Part shown: one piece after another, positions 28,391-42,153 of the stretch
Layout of the letters: each line of letters opens with the position of its first letter
How positions within the stretch are numbered: position 1 is the stretch's first letter
Source of the DNA: Octopus vulgaris
Lineage: Eukaryota
NCBI GenBank assembly: GCA_951406725.2
Contig: OX597821.1
Location: 106,268,001 to 106,332,000, forward strand
Reading direction: 5' to 3'
DNA length: 64,000 nt
Position numbers and translations under genes: made by a program
Notes under the pieces: generated by a model
Database searches by the model: none
Told to the model about the DNA's origin: nothing
The model's input: the letters and a program-made list of their open reading frames with translations, nothing else

Positions 28391-29423
28391 CATCGGAATA
28401 AACCCTGCAGTTTTTTTTATCTCTTTCATCGTTTAATTATTTCACTCTTTCAGGAAATTAAACGACGTTAAGGTTTCGTTTAAATTTATGCAGCTCAAGG
28501 CATGCGAGAAACACATGAGCAGAGAGGAAATTCCATGAAGTTGATATTCTAGAAGAGAGTGACCGGTTTAGTAGTTAGCAAAGAGCCGAATGTCTAAGGG
28601 AATGAATGTGATAAGAAGTAAAGAGACGGATGAGTCGTGGGAGTCAAAGAAGGGAGGATATCAAGTTAGCTGTCTACAAGAAAGAGAGGTCATTATACTA
28701 ACGGGAGAGAAAAATACAGAGGGAAGCTATCACTATATAAGTTTGGAGTCGTGAGTCTGCAGCCTGGAGTATATTTTGGGAGAGATTTGATATAATTCAG
28801 ACAATCACACATTTTCTGAACGAAAACCATGGTAACTGTATTTGCTGCAAAATTCCGGATGTAGGGACAGAAATTACTCTATCGTGACGTTTCACTTGGG
28901 ATTTGTTCACTAGAGTTTCTGCACCTCTAGCTTGTTGCTATAATTTCTGAACCTTCTCATCAGGGCTTGTTTCTGGAGTCCACTCCTAATTATGTTAAAG
29001 ATAGATTTGCTTTCGGCAGAATATTACCCTCGGTGATAACGAGATTCCACATTGAGAGCAACTGTGTAGGTCTTAGCTAAGTACTGTTCATGTTCAGGCG
29101 AGGAGATGATATTTTATTTATAAAAAAATCGCTTGATTTTTATTGACAAGAGGCAAGAATAGCTTCTCACTCCTAAGATGGATCGATAAATCTCCGTTCC
29201 AGGAATCAGCCAAGATTTAGTACTCGGTTGCATGGGAGTGGTGCACGACAGGGAACTTAGAGAGGAGTGATGAGTCATCTCAAATGCATTGGCGTTAGTA
29301 TAGATATATATAGCATCAAATATCGATGTATAAATGGAACTGCGTATATATATATATATGTATACATACATATACATATACATATGTATATATATATATG
29401 TATACATATATATACATATGTAC

Positions 29424-29478
<55 letters not shown>

Positions 29479-30296
29479 TACATTTAAAGCAATAATTTTA
29501 TTCTCAAACGCCTTATAATGCTAATAATATAACGTGAACAGGATAAACTATCCATATTTTGCAGAAAAACCTGTTGACAGCCCACCATGATATTCGAACT
29601 TGCATCCCAGTGATTAGGCGTATATATGTATGTATCTATGTACATTTGCCTGAATTTTCAGTGATATAGCCATTCTTAATTGCATAATATTTCTATATAA
29701 ATTTCCAGATGAATCCCTCACTGCTGTTTTATTGATACTTGAACAAGATGAAAACAAATCCTCTTGTGTTATAATCTCACCTAGTGCACAACACTTAAGT
29801 ATATAGAAAACAGATCACCCACGTCCATAAGAAGCTTACTTTCAAAGAACGAATACATTGAGCTTATTTACAAAGAACGAATAAATTGAGAATTTACTTA
29901 AGTAATATTTTCAGCAATTTTTCCTCGCATTTTAAGTGACAGAAGCTTTACGATATAACTTTAAATGCATTATTTTATTGAAAACACTTGACAATGATAC
30001 GAATGGCCTTTGCATCTATATATTTTAATGAAAGGAGAACATTATAAATATAATGAAATCATTAAACGGTATTACTTACTGCCTGTCTTACAACGTCATT
30101 CGTTTTATGACATAGATGCATGTTTTAAATTCATATAAGATATCAAGTGAGCATTAGATTTGAAGTAATAGCTAAATAAATGACTTATCAACAAAACATT
30201 TGAACTCATAACACAGGAAAGGGAAAGTTATAATTCTTAACAAAAGTATACATATTTGCACTACACGGTTTGTTGTCAGAAATATAGCTGAACAAA

Positions 30297-31319
30297 ATGT
30301 TTGCAATATATCCTTTAAACAGCAACAATATACAGACACCTGCACACTCTCAGAAAGTAAATTACCAGAGAGATGTGCATTGTCAAAACAACACACACTA
30401 TTTCATTCAGTTTTGTATAAGGATTCACCAGCTTACAAATATAAAAATCTCAGCATCTCTTTGGAAATCATATAGTCCAAAGAGAAAATGTTTATACATC
30501 ACTTGCCGCATTCTAGAAATGTGCATGTTTGCAGAAATCATTAAAATGTTCGCATATAAGCGAGCGAATATTAACGAATTTAAAGTTGTATCCCAAGTCA
30601 AAAACAGTATAATTGCTATCCAAATTGCCTTAACATTTCTATGGCTAAGTTGTGTTTTCCATGCCAACAGTAATGTCGAAATTCTGGATAAGATAACCAA
30701 TTTTCAATGTATTAAATATAACCTGAATTCTCCGTCTGAAAAACAATTTCTCCAGAAAATCTACAAATGTCTTCATGTCATACTTGTTTTTGGAAGCATT
30801 TTTATTGCTGAATATCTTTTACCGATTTGCACTAAGGATAGTAATACATTTATGGAACTCTTCACATATCCTTTTCCACGAACCAGTGTTTTTGGCAATA
30901 TTAGCTTAATACTTCATTATCTAATAAGCACCATAAAATTTATACCTATTTTCACATTATTAGCAATTCATAACTTCGTTATAAACACTTTAATAACTGA
31001 GTTCAAGGTGTTAAACACTAGAATAATAAATAATATTGAAAACAAAAGCATACGTGATGAAGACACAGGGAAAGAAATTATGAGAATTTTCGACCAATTT
31101 CAAGAACTCTGTACTCTACTGGGTGTGACAAATGACTTATTCCAGTATTATATTGGCTATCTTACATTAATTTTCGCAGCTTCATTTTTTTTTCTCATAA
31201 AATATCACAGCAATTCTTCGACATATGACGTATATTGTATTTACTGGATAATATTAACTTACATGCTCACGAATTTAAGTGTACATACATTTCGGAAAGG
31301 AATAAAATTGCATCATTCT
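30297..31319 (+). CDS. GRL / 7TM ion-channel-like gene B, exon 1 (341 codons)
   Basis: Colinear paralog of gene A exon 1 with identical length from ATG to donor (CAT CAT TCT|GTAAGT). An in-frame TAG just upstream supports this ATG as the start. Confidence 0.85.
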
Positions 31320-31440
31320 GTAAGTATGAAGCTATACAATGAAGTATTTGTCATGAATATAACATAAAATTTTCGGCTTTAATTTTCCCCGCTGTTATTT
31401 AATTCGCTGCCAATTAAATTTGATAGAGACACATTATATG

Positions 31441-31484
<44 letters not shown>

Positions 31485-31645
31485 ATAAATTAGAGCTAAA
31501 AACCACTATTATGCAACTCAAACTGTGATTGACATAAACCAAAACATAAATAACAAATAGAATATATTTTTATAAAACATTTAACTAGATCTCAAAAAGT
31601 ATAAAAATGAATAATCAATATATAAGTAAAAAAGTTACGTACGTC

Positions 31646-31747
<102 letters not shown>

Positions 31748-32252
31748 CAGAGAGTGAGAGAAAAAGATAGACAAAGAGAGAAAGACAGTTTGACGGATTA
31801 ACAAATTTTAAATATTGTATATAATAGTTTTTGTTATTCAAACTATTATGCATATGTTCCTATGTATACATGCAAAAACGAGGGAAAGCAAAAAGCGGAG
31901 ACTTTCAGTTGATAAATATTTACGTTGATTCACTGCTGAGTATCATCCGTTGCTGTTATTTTCTGGCTTACTGCGCTACTGCAATGGCGTTTAAATCGAA
32001 GTTAGAATATATGATATTGGAATTCTGTACATTCTTATCGTTTCACGGAGACGGTTGGTGTCCTGTTCCATTGTTGTGTCAGCACCAATTTCACTGAGGA
32101 GACACAGATAATTATTGAATTGTTCATGTCGAAACACTTCCAATCAATTAAGATAAGAAGCCACGAGAGCCACTGCCTTGTACTGCATTAAAAAAAGGGA
32201 AAACGAAAGAAAAAACAAGAATTAATTATTATTATTATTATCATTATTATTA

Positions 32253-32321
<69 letters not shown>

Positions 32322-32616
32322 GATATTTATTAGTTTCAATCAAATTTCTATTGCATCACCTGCTACACTTCCTTGCAGATGAGGTGTATTCTTGATTCTT
32401 TTTTTTTCTGTTTTCGGTTAGAAAATTTGTGAGGCGGAAACTGCATGGAAGTCTGTCATATGCGTGGTGGTGGGTGGTGGGGGGCTTATTTACGTCTTTC
32501 GCATAAGATACTGATAAAAGAAAAACATTTAACATTTATCCATTTATTCGACTAAACTTTTGTAGGCTATGCCCAATGATGCTCACAGTTCAATTACTGA
32601 AGCCTGTACGTCACAG

Positions 32617-32920
32617 TTCTTTTTATCGCATCCGTCATATTTTCGACGTTTTATTAACTAGTTTAATGTAATATTTGGAATGGTGGCTGTGCTTTATATT
32701 CGGGTTAACTAGTCGTTCTTCGGTAGGAAAAAGTGACTTCTGAAGTCAGTAGCTGTCGAAGAACGACTAGTTAACCCGAATATAAAGCACGGCCACAATT
32801 CCAAATATTTCATTAAACTAGTTAATAAAACATGTTGAAAATATGAAGGATGCGATGAAAAGAACGCTGAACGCTGGACAGATACTGACTTCAGAAGTCA
32901 CTTTTTCGTACCGATGTCCT
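32617..32920. repeat. Compound inverted repeat in gene B intron 1
   Basis: ~32617-32722 is inverted at ~32758-32865; the loop sequence gaaaaagtgacttctgaagtcagta is inverted again at ~32883-32908. Confidence 0.8.
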
Positions 32921-33888
32921 TTGCTATCTTTCCTTCTGTCATTGTTATACTCGTTCCCTTGACGCGTTTCTGCTTGGTTTTATGTAAGACTGAGGGCGTT
33001 TCTGCCCTTTTCCCCCCTAACCAACACCCTGTGTTTCTTACTCTCTTTTGACGTTTAGATCGGGAATATCTGTACTGGAAGCTGTTGTGTCTGCAAAAAG
33101 GCTGTTTCTCAAACTTCAGTTTTTTTTCGTTTTTCAAAATTGAGTTGTTAGTTTGGTTGTATATGACGCAGTTAATGATTAACTGTAATAAAAGAAAAAA
33201 GAACATTAGTAATACTGCGATTTTAATGATTTTTTTCAATGTATAATTTTATGTCATACCAAATAGGCTACTGTCGACCTCGGCGGAATTTGAACTCAGA
33301 ACGTAAAAACAAACGAAATACCGCTAAGCATTTCGACCACTGTGCTAACGTTTCTGCTAGCTCGCTGCCTTTGTCATAACAAATATTCTTTTCTACTCTA
33401 GGCACAGCACAAGGCCCGAAATTTTGTAGGAAGGAGCCAGTCGATTAGATCGGCCCCAGTACGCAACTGGTACTTAATTTGTCGAGATCAAAAGGATAAA
33501 AGGCAAAGTCGACTTCGGCGGAATTGTTACTCAGAACAAAATTACATTTGAAATATCTATTTCTTTACTACCCAGAAGGGGCTAAACACAGAGAGGGCAA
33601 ACAATGATAGACAAACGGATTAAGTCGATTATATCGACCCAGTGCGTAACTGGTATGTATTTAATCGACCCCGAAAAGATGAAAGGCAAAGTCGACCGCG
33701 GCAGAATTTAAAGGCAGACGAAATACCGCTAAGCATTTCGCCGGGCGTGCTAACATTTTTGCCAGTTCACAGCCTTTGTCATACGAATTATTGCTATCGT
33801 TGTATCGTAGACTGCTAGATATACGTATGTTTAACGATAAAAATTGTGTGGTTATCTTTACCATAAGCATCGGTGGTTTATCTTTCAG

Positions 33889-33957
33889 ATATATGAAGTG
33901 CGTGAAAATATATTCAATATTACAGATGACTTTAAAAAACCCGATTTTAATATGAAG
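33889..33957 (+). CDS. GRL gene B, exon 2 (IYEVRENIFNITDDFKKPDFNMK)
   Basis: 69 nt between a tttatctttcag acceptor and a GTAAGC donor; homologous to gene A exon 2. Exons 3-4 were not found downstream in the window. Confidence 0.85.
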
Positions 33958-34404
33958 GTAAGCTTCTGTTTTTTTTTTCTTTTTCGATGTGTCTATTTCA
34001 ATTTAGGCGCAGGAATACAACAGTATAGAATCGAGTTTAGTCACACTGCAACGTATGCTACTATATACCTGGGGCTATCACAGCCTTGAGTAGAAATTTG
34101 ATGGAAACGACGTGGAAACATGCCGAAGCTGTATATTTGTGAATGGGTGAGCAGGATGTAAGTGTATGAAAGCGGTTTTGATTATCCTCGTCACCACTTC
34201 ACAACAGGCCTTGGTTTGTTTATGTCCCTGTAACAAAAATAGCTGTTCTAATAAGTATCAGACATACTACAGTTAATTATATACCAAGGTTGAATTGTTC
34301 GAATAGAATATACAGGACGTTGTCCGAGTGTCTCTCCAGTGCAACACGTGAAACAAGTTAAATGCAAAGGCTTTATTTTAAATTATTTCTTTTTTAAACA
34401 ACCG

Positions 34405-34500
34405 ATTCAGATCGACACAGAAAACCAGCCGCTGAGGTTCAGGCCTTCCATTTTTATCTGGCAATATATATTTATATATATATACACACACAGACACACA

Positions 34501-34574
<74 letters not shown>

Positions 34575-35931
34575 TAAAACGGTAAGATAACAAAAGAAAG
34601 AAAGAGACCTCAATATTATGTAAATAGAGGAAATTTATCTATACAATAATATGTTACATTACTCGATAGTCAAGATAAAACTCTGAGTTTCAGGCACGAT
34701 TCTTCATTCCTGCATGAACAGCTGTTTTCTTGTGTTTTTTGTATGTTATGTTTGATTATGTTTTTAAAATTGGTAGTGGAACTAAAACTAATTTTTAAAT
34801 TGTGTCTATTGAAGAGTTTCCTATAAGTATGGTTAACTGGAAAATGTATATCTATCAGTGCTAGGAAATATTTACCTATATTGAAGGCCACCTCGGGTGA
34901 GTAAACCAGATGACCTTCCTATTTCTATTATTCTTTTTCCTTACTGTTGGGCTAGTAATGGGTGTATATTTTATTTTTTCTCTAAAACCACTATCTTTTA
35001 AAGCCTTATTATAAACTGGGGCAACGCTATCGAAGATGTCCTTATCAGAGGAGAGGTTAGAAATCCTCTTACTAATGTTTTTAACTAAATTTTTGAATAC
35101 TATAGGGGGATGGCATGAACCTACATTAATATAACTTAGTCTATCATTGGGCTTCCTATAAGGCTTATAAATATTCTTATTAAGACCTAAGGAAACCTCT
35201 AAGAAATTGACAACCGTCAGGTTAGTATCTATAGTTATACTAAGTCCGAAGTATTTCATTAACTGGATAATATCCTTCCTAAAACGATCTTGTGCTGGTC
35301 CATTTGTATTAGCTGTTAAGGCGAGGGCGTCATGTTTGTAGATGGCGAAATGTACGTCAGGGAATGACTTACCTAAGGTATCTAGGAGAAAAAGTCCAAT
35401 TAGATCGCAGATGCCTGCCCCATCATATGAACCCAATTTCACATCGAAAGCGCCCTCTGTGTCGGTGTTTTTTACCCACTTTGCGTTCTCACTGAAAAGT
35501 AAGGTCTTAACAGCTAATACAAATGGACCAGCACAAGATCGTTTAGGAAGGATATTATCCAGTTAATGAAAGGTTTTTTTTTACCTCATCACACCTTCTA
35601 TCATACATTTTATATATTTTTTATATATTTTTTATATATTTTTTATGTATTTTTATATATATAATTTTTATGGCGAAAAATGCGAGCGATGTATAAGTAC
35701 GCAGGCAAGCAGAGTTATAACACAGTAATTTCCCTTTGTATAACGGTATTTTTTCATAGCGTTTTCAAATAGCCGATAACCGAAGAGATGTCGTGGATTC
35801 CCACTTCGGCATCTGAAACTCAGAGTTTTATCTTGACTATCGAGTAATGTAACATATTATTGAATAGATAAATTTCCTCTATTTATATAATATTGAGGTC
35901 TCTTTCTTTCTTTTGTTATCTTACCGTTTTA

Positions 35932-35966
<35 letters not shown>

Positions 35967-36078
35967 CCAGATAAAAATAGAAGGCCTGAACCTCAGCGGC
36001 TGGTTTTCTGTGAGGATCTGAAACTTCGGCATCTTAAACTCAGAGTTTTATCTTGACTATCGAGTAATGTAACATATT

Positions 36079-36080
<2 letters not shown>
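34405..36080 (-). mobile_element. Penelope-like element fragment flanked by inverted pseudo-LTRs
   Basis: RT remnant GSYDGAGICDLIG...YKHDAL...VNFLEV...YRKPN...HPP. Region 34420-34693 is inverted at 35813-36078, and 35255-35320 is inverted at 35505-35570. Confidence 0.75.
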
Positions 36081-36114
<34 letters not shown>

Positions 36115-36115
<1 letters not shown>

Positions 36116-39100
36116 TAGTAGCATAGCCCGGCGTTGCCCGGGTATGTAAGAGCCCCAAGTAGGCAACGACTGATCCCATTCTAGTCCTTTCCCTCTAGGG
36201 AACGAAGGCGCATGTGTAGGTTGCAATGTCTTCTCTTCACTCGAATACCTCTGTGTATACGATGTTCCTAGCTGTCCCTTTGGGCGAAAACATGAAAACA
36301 ACATTGCGCCTCCCAACGCGTGAACAGCCCACGTAGAGTTGACCGTGGGCGAAGAACTGTTCGCCCAAATGTAACCCAGCGACTTGTAGCGTTTGGCCTT
36401 GGGATTTATTGATGGACATTGCGAAGCAGAGTTTAACAGGAAACTGAGAACGCCTGAAGTGCATTGGTAGGTCAGCGCCCGACGGTTGAAGGTGCATGCG
36501 TGGAATGAAGACGTCCTCTCCCTTCCCACAACCGGTAAGTATTGTGGCAGTTATTGAATGTGGTGCCAAATGTTTCAGAACCAGACGTGTGCCGTTGCAC
36601 TGTTTTGGTGGAATCAAATTCCTGATGAGCATAATGGGCGCACCGACCTTTAACTTCAGGATGTGTGACGGCAGGCCTGACGGTTCAAGTGAATTCAGGA
36701 GTTCAGCAGGATAATCGGCAAGCTCGGCGGGGTCTGCTGTCCTATCTATAGATTTGTAGACCTGGACATCACCAGGAATAACTTCAAGTAGCTGGATATT
36801 GATGGAGTTGCCGGTTGTATTTTTGGGTGAGAGAATAGCTCTGCCTGCCAGCCATTTTAGGTCGCGTAAATTGTTTTGTAGGTCATGGAAGACAGCGTCC
36901 CGGAGGCTAGCAGGGGTGTTGACAGTGGTGCAAAGTGAGTCCAATTGAACGCAGCCATCCGCATCAGCCGGCATCGTATTTTAACCGAGCGATAAAAGAT
37001 CCCTGGAGAATGCAGCGGATCCGCTGTCACCAATCAACTGCGCGCGCATGTTAGTTTGGAGGTGCAAGGGCCGCACATGTGCCCAAAGAGCTGACGACTT
37101 AAGACACGCGCGTACGGCATCGGCACGGTTTCCTTTTGGAATAACATGTAGAGTCTGCCTGAAGTCTCCAGAAAGAAGTAAAGTCAATCCTCCCATGGGG
37201 GCCGTAGAGTCTCTGATGTCTTGCAGGGACCTGACCAGTGCCTGAGGGGCGCCTTTGTGTGCCATAGTGCACTCGTCCCATACGATGAGTTTGCATCTGC
37301 GCAGAATGTCGGCCTGTTCTGAGTTCTTGGCGATGTTGCAGATAGGTGAGTTGGACTTTGCCAGATCGAGCGGGAGTCTGAAGGCAGAGTGAGCGGGTCT
37401 GCCACCCGGAAGCAACGTGGCCGCGATACCAGAGGAAGCTACAGCCAGGGCAATGTCCGTGTTGCGTCTGACCTCCACCAGAATTAGTTTCGTCACGAAG
37501 GTTTTGCCTGTGCCACCAGGTGCGTCAAGGAAGTATATCCCCCCACGTTTCTGTCTGACAGAATCTACGATGGTGTTGTAGGCTATGCGGTGCTCTGGGA
37601 GCAGTCGTGGTTCATTATCTTGGACGTACTGGTGCAGTTCCTCAATGCAGTAGGAAGTTTTGCGTAACAATCCAGCAGACATAACATTGGCGTGTTCACG
37701 TGTGGGTGGTAGAAGGCCGTACTCCGTTAAAGCAGGGCCACCCATATCGATGACAGCGTCTTCGAGTTGAATAAGCGCAAAACTGTAAATGAAGTTGTTG
37801 AACGTGATCTCGACGGAAGGGCAGTGTTGCTGAGCCGTACGTGAGAAGTCCTGCGACATGTCATCCCTGTATTTCATCCAGAGACTTAGTGGGTCACTAA
37901 GCTGACATTTTTGAAGAAGGATTGCGAAAAGATGTCGTTGGGCCGAAGGCGTTTGCAGTAAAACGCCTTCTGCCATAGTGGCGTCCCACTGGGAGTCATC
38001 CTCTAGAAGGCCAAGTCTCATATATGCTTCCCTGAAGGTGTCGCACAGAATCCCATTGACGGTACGTATATTGCCGAAACCTGTTGGACCAGTGACCTCA
38101 TGTAGAAGGAGTCGGAGGTAGAAGCATTCTTGCTGGTTTGGCCGGATGTTGTAAACTCGACCCAGGCAGGAGTCAAACTTGACACCTGGGAAGCGTTCGA
38201 CGTTTTTGCCGGATTTCCGTCGAACTCAGGTGTTGTTATACCACACGAAGTACGATGGGACCTGGGGGTTCAAAAGCGTTCGAGCGAAGTCATCACGTTG
38301 GCATAATTTGAAGAAACCGGTCAACGTTGTGTCTTTAGGTTTGGTGGCTACCTGCGCAGCAGTTTGCTATGTGAAGTAAATCCGCTGTCCATTTTCCAAG
38401 TGTACAGCAAGCTGCACCATAGCCGGGTGTCTCTGATGGAGCGGGAAGCCGTAAATGTGCCAAAACGCTTCGTTGCTGCTGAGGTACCGGCCTACCAAGT
38501 AATTGGACACTTCGTCGCGACTGATGGTCCTCTGGATGCTGAACATGGCAGCATCGCTGCCCTTGTTGATATAATTGCAGAAATATTGTATTGACCTGAT
38601 GGATCTGCAGAACTCAACGTTGACGTGGGCTTTGGATATCTTCGACAGGAGAGGACAGTAGGGGACAACGTAGCTGTTGTCCACTTGATGTCGCCCAACC
38701 GTAATCGTGCGGCCTCCATTGGCTGGACTCCTTTGTTTGTACAGCGGATACCCATCGCCGCCTGTTTGAGTCTCCAAAGTGAACCGTTTAGGGAATCCCT
38801 TTGAGCAGGCTTATCCGTTTTTGCAGCATGGCGTAATTTGGTCTACAGGGCCCGTGTACCATGGTAGTGAGGACAATTTCGTACAGTTCGGGGTCCTCAT
38901 CGGGGTCAGGAATCTCGGCGGAAATGAATTTATCAATGTCATTAGTGCCGATTTTATTAGTTAGATAAATTAAGATGTGAGCATGTGGCAAGCCCCTCTT
39001 TTGCCACTCGACCGAAAGCATGTGGCACCAGACATGCCCGAAAATCTGACCCTTAACTATTAAATCCATCATTTTGCCCAAATTCAGACGGAAAACCCTA

Positions 39101-42100
39101 GCAGAGACGTCGTGTCGATGGGTGTGAGACTGATCCGGGAGGAGATCGCGAGTGATTTCGTCGCAGTTGGGATTGCACGTGTAGGTGATAAAGAGTTCCG
39201 GCCGGCCGTAAATGCGCACGTAGGTCAAGGTGTCTTGGGTCCTTTCACGCATATATCGCGGTCCTCCCGTGAAGGTGGAGGGTAGAATGCATGGCTTGCC
39301 GATGTTGCGAGGGTTATTTTCTCGTTGCAAGCCGTCACGGAGATGAATGTAGGAGTCGGAGCGAAGTTTGGTCTGATTAAGTTTAAGGTACAGCAGCCTT
39401 TCCGATTCCATTTTGGCGGCCATGTCGACGGCGAACTGGTTGAATAGTTGACGACAACGGGGCAATAAGTTGAACACACCCTACCTGACCATGAACCGGT
39501 ATGAGTAGAACGCCCTGCAGGAAACCGTCTTTGATGCCGCAGTAGTTTGATTGGAGGGCTGCCGTAAAGGAATTCCGAAGTGGTTGCCGTCTTCCCCATA
39601 ACGGAAAAGCAATGGATACTGAAGCGCGTCATAAGATCTGTGAGTCTCGCTGATCCTGTCTAGGCTGTTACCACGGGAGGAGATGATTATGTCACGGCTG
39701 TTGTGTTGCTCTCTGTGTAAGACTGCGGCAATTTCGTTGCACGCAGGTGCGTTGAAATGGCGTTCGTACTCCCCGTGGGGTTGTTTATCAGCATCAATGA
39801 CAACGGTGAAGTTTGGAGACGGAGCACTGTCCAAGGCATACCTGAAGCTGCAGACGTAGCTGTTGATATCATGAAGCATGGTTTAGAGACGGAGAAGAAC
39901 GTATTTGCGGGGAACATAGCATGTACCCGGTATTATTCCAAGGCGTGCATCAACCTGCTGGTTGTAGTCGGCAATGAAGTAGATTTGGAGGCAAGAAGAC
40001 TGCTGAATTTCGTCTGGCAGAAGTGACCCAATAAGATGGTAGACATGTCCCTGCACTTTAAAAGTAGGCATCCAGCCTTCTCTAGGAGGAATTTTGGCAC
40101 CGAAAGAGGTCATTTGGATTGAGCTTTTGTATTTTCGAATGATTTCAAGGAATTGTGACGATTCGGGGGTTAAACCCGCCGCGAGATCCTTCAGTGTTTG
40201 AGGTGGTTCCCGTAGGGGTGGCAGGTCCACTTTGCCACCAGAGCAGCAAAACCCAGGTGGCTCTCCGTGCCATTTCTTGGCTTTTACAAAACTGGCATAC
40301 AATTGTCATTGACCCTATCTTAAGGAGAAATTAATTGTGGCGTCGTAGTTGAATGCTAGTGACGACCAGAAAGCGGGGGCAGGGATACGTACACCACCAC
40401 GAATGATATCCCGACGTTGGTTGATACTCTCAAGTCGAGTGCGCCGTACCTCAGCAGATTGAGATGCGCGTGCGACAGCGGTAGCAGTGGCATCCCTTGA
40501 ATGCCTTTCAGCTCTCGCCTCGGCACCCTCTGAAGTCTTAGCAGAAGCAGTGTTAATGGCATCTCTGGATGTCCGAATAGTTCGTTGGTATGGAGTTATG
40601 GGAGATCGAGCCGTGGCTGTGTTTGCGGCGTAAGCAGCTTGGCGATCTCTCCTCTGTTGAGGTGTTTCGGCAGATCGGGCCATGGCTGTGTTTGCGGCGT
40701 CAGCAGCTTGGCGAGTTCTCCTCTGCTGTGAGGTTTCGACAGATCGTGTCCTGGCGGTGCTAGTGGCGTTAGCCGCATTCCCCATGGCCCTTTGTTTGGG
40801 GTTCTCGCGAGCTCTGTGGATGGAAGCACAGGAAGAAGCCCGCATGCTTTGGCTGGACTGTTGCTCTTTCGTCAACCTCGAGCGGAGGGAAGATATGTAT
40901 GCTGCGGCCCTTGCAAGTCGGCTAGAACGGTCGCTAGTAGTTTCAGATGCCTGAGCAGCGGCAGAACGGGAAGTCTTTTTGCGAGAGGCGCAAAGCGGTT
41001 TCCTCTTGGGTCTCGCGTGCCTTCTAGCCCTAGCAGCCGATGCCTTGGCCGTCCGAGGGCTGTGGAGTGTCCTTCCCTTCTTGGGTGGCATTTTGGTGGA
41101 TAGCAATGTGTTTGGCAAAGGTGCAATAAAAAGGAACACGTGGGGTAAGTATCCCAAAATGTATAAAAATGTACAAAAACGGCAAAAAAGCGGGTAGCAA
41201 TTGAGTGACAACAACGAAAAAGTCAAAAGTGACCAAACTGAACAAACGAATGGAAAAGGTTTTTTGGTGCACACGACAAAAGTGGCTTATAATAATCCAA
41301 GAGTTTGCAAGTAGCGTCCGATGACCCTTAGGGGACGTCAAAAATTGAAGGTAAAACGTTTGGGGTGGTAGTTATAGAGAAAGTTTAAACAAAAAAATAT
41401 TCGAATAACTTGCTGCTGCAGCAGCTATTAGCAGAGTGGTGGTGTTGGGGGTAAAGTCTCGAATGTAATTTCTTCCAGATAGGAATTGGTTGGGTTGAAT
41501 TATCGATAGCTGTTTGATAGTAATTTGGGAGTGTAAGAGAGTTAAAAAGGTCGAGTTGCGTCCCCTAGACAGTCTATGTTTTGTGTTTAATACACAAATC
41601 GGTTTGCTATGTGCGCCACATATGATTTCATTAACCGATTTTTCCCAGTAATAAAGTATCCTATTGGAATAAAAAGGGCGGAGCAGACATGATGCTCGCT
41701 GGGAATTAAAAAAAAAATTCCTGCCAATTTGTGAAAGATATTGTCGAACATGTGTAATCTTGAATTTGAACGCGATTTCCCAAAATGGCATGATTTTATT
41801 GATTTTTTTCCGATGGTAAGGTATCGCATGGAAAACTAACGTCAGAATTAAGTTTCTTATGTTAACATTAAGCTTCACCATGAGTTTGGTGAATATCGAT
41901 TGCAAGTTGCGAAAACTACAACAGAAAATGTGTTGCATATAAAAAGCTTAGATTCTCGACCCCATGTCGAATTTATTAATTTATTTCAGAACTGGAGGAA
42001 CTTTTCAGAATTTTCGCTGCGTTAGTTTTGAATTATGACATTGGGCTATGTGTGTGTCAAGTTTCATGAGAATCGGTTGAAAGCCATGGTCAGGGTGTGG

Positions 42101-42153
42101 GTGCAACCTGACAGACACACAGAAAGACAAACTGCCGTTTATATAGAGAGAGA
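36115..42153 (-). mobile_element. Full-length but frameshifted Helitron (Rep/Pif1 helicase)
   Basis: Minus strand A|TC...CCCGGGCAACGCCGGG hairpin...CTAG|T. Rep motifs LFITYTCNP, VEWQKRGLPHAH and YFCNYINK; helicase motifs DAPGGTGKT, IVWDECTM, GDFRQ, AMSINKSQGQT and HGQLYVGCSR; PPGFCCSGGKV. Coding region is split over about 7 ORFs. Confidence 0.95.

Noticed and set aside
30297-31367. Cys-loop chemotactile receptor identity
   Set aside because: No signal peptide or large extracellular domain followed by four TM helices; hydrophobic segments are spread along the protein.
40315-41274. Captured host gene inside the Helitron
   Set aside because: The Arg/Ala-rich repeats are colinear with and directly upstream of the RepHel frames, so they are best explained as its N-terminus.
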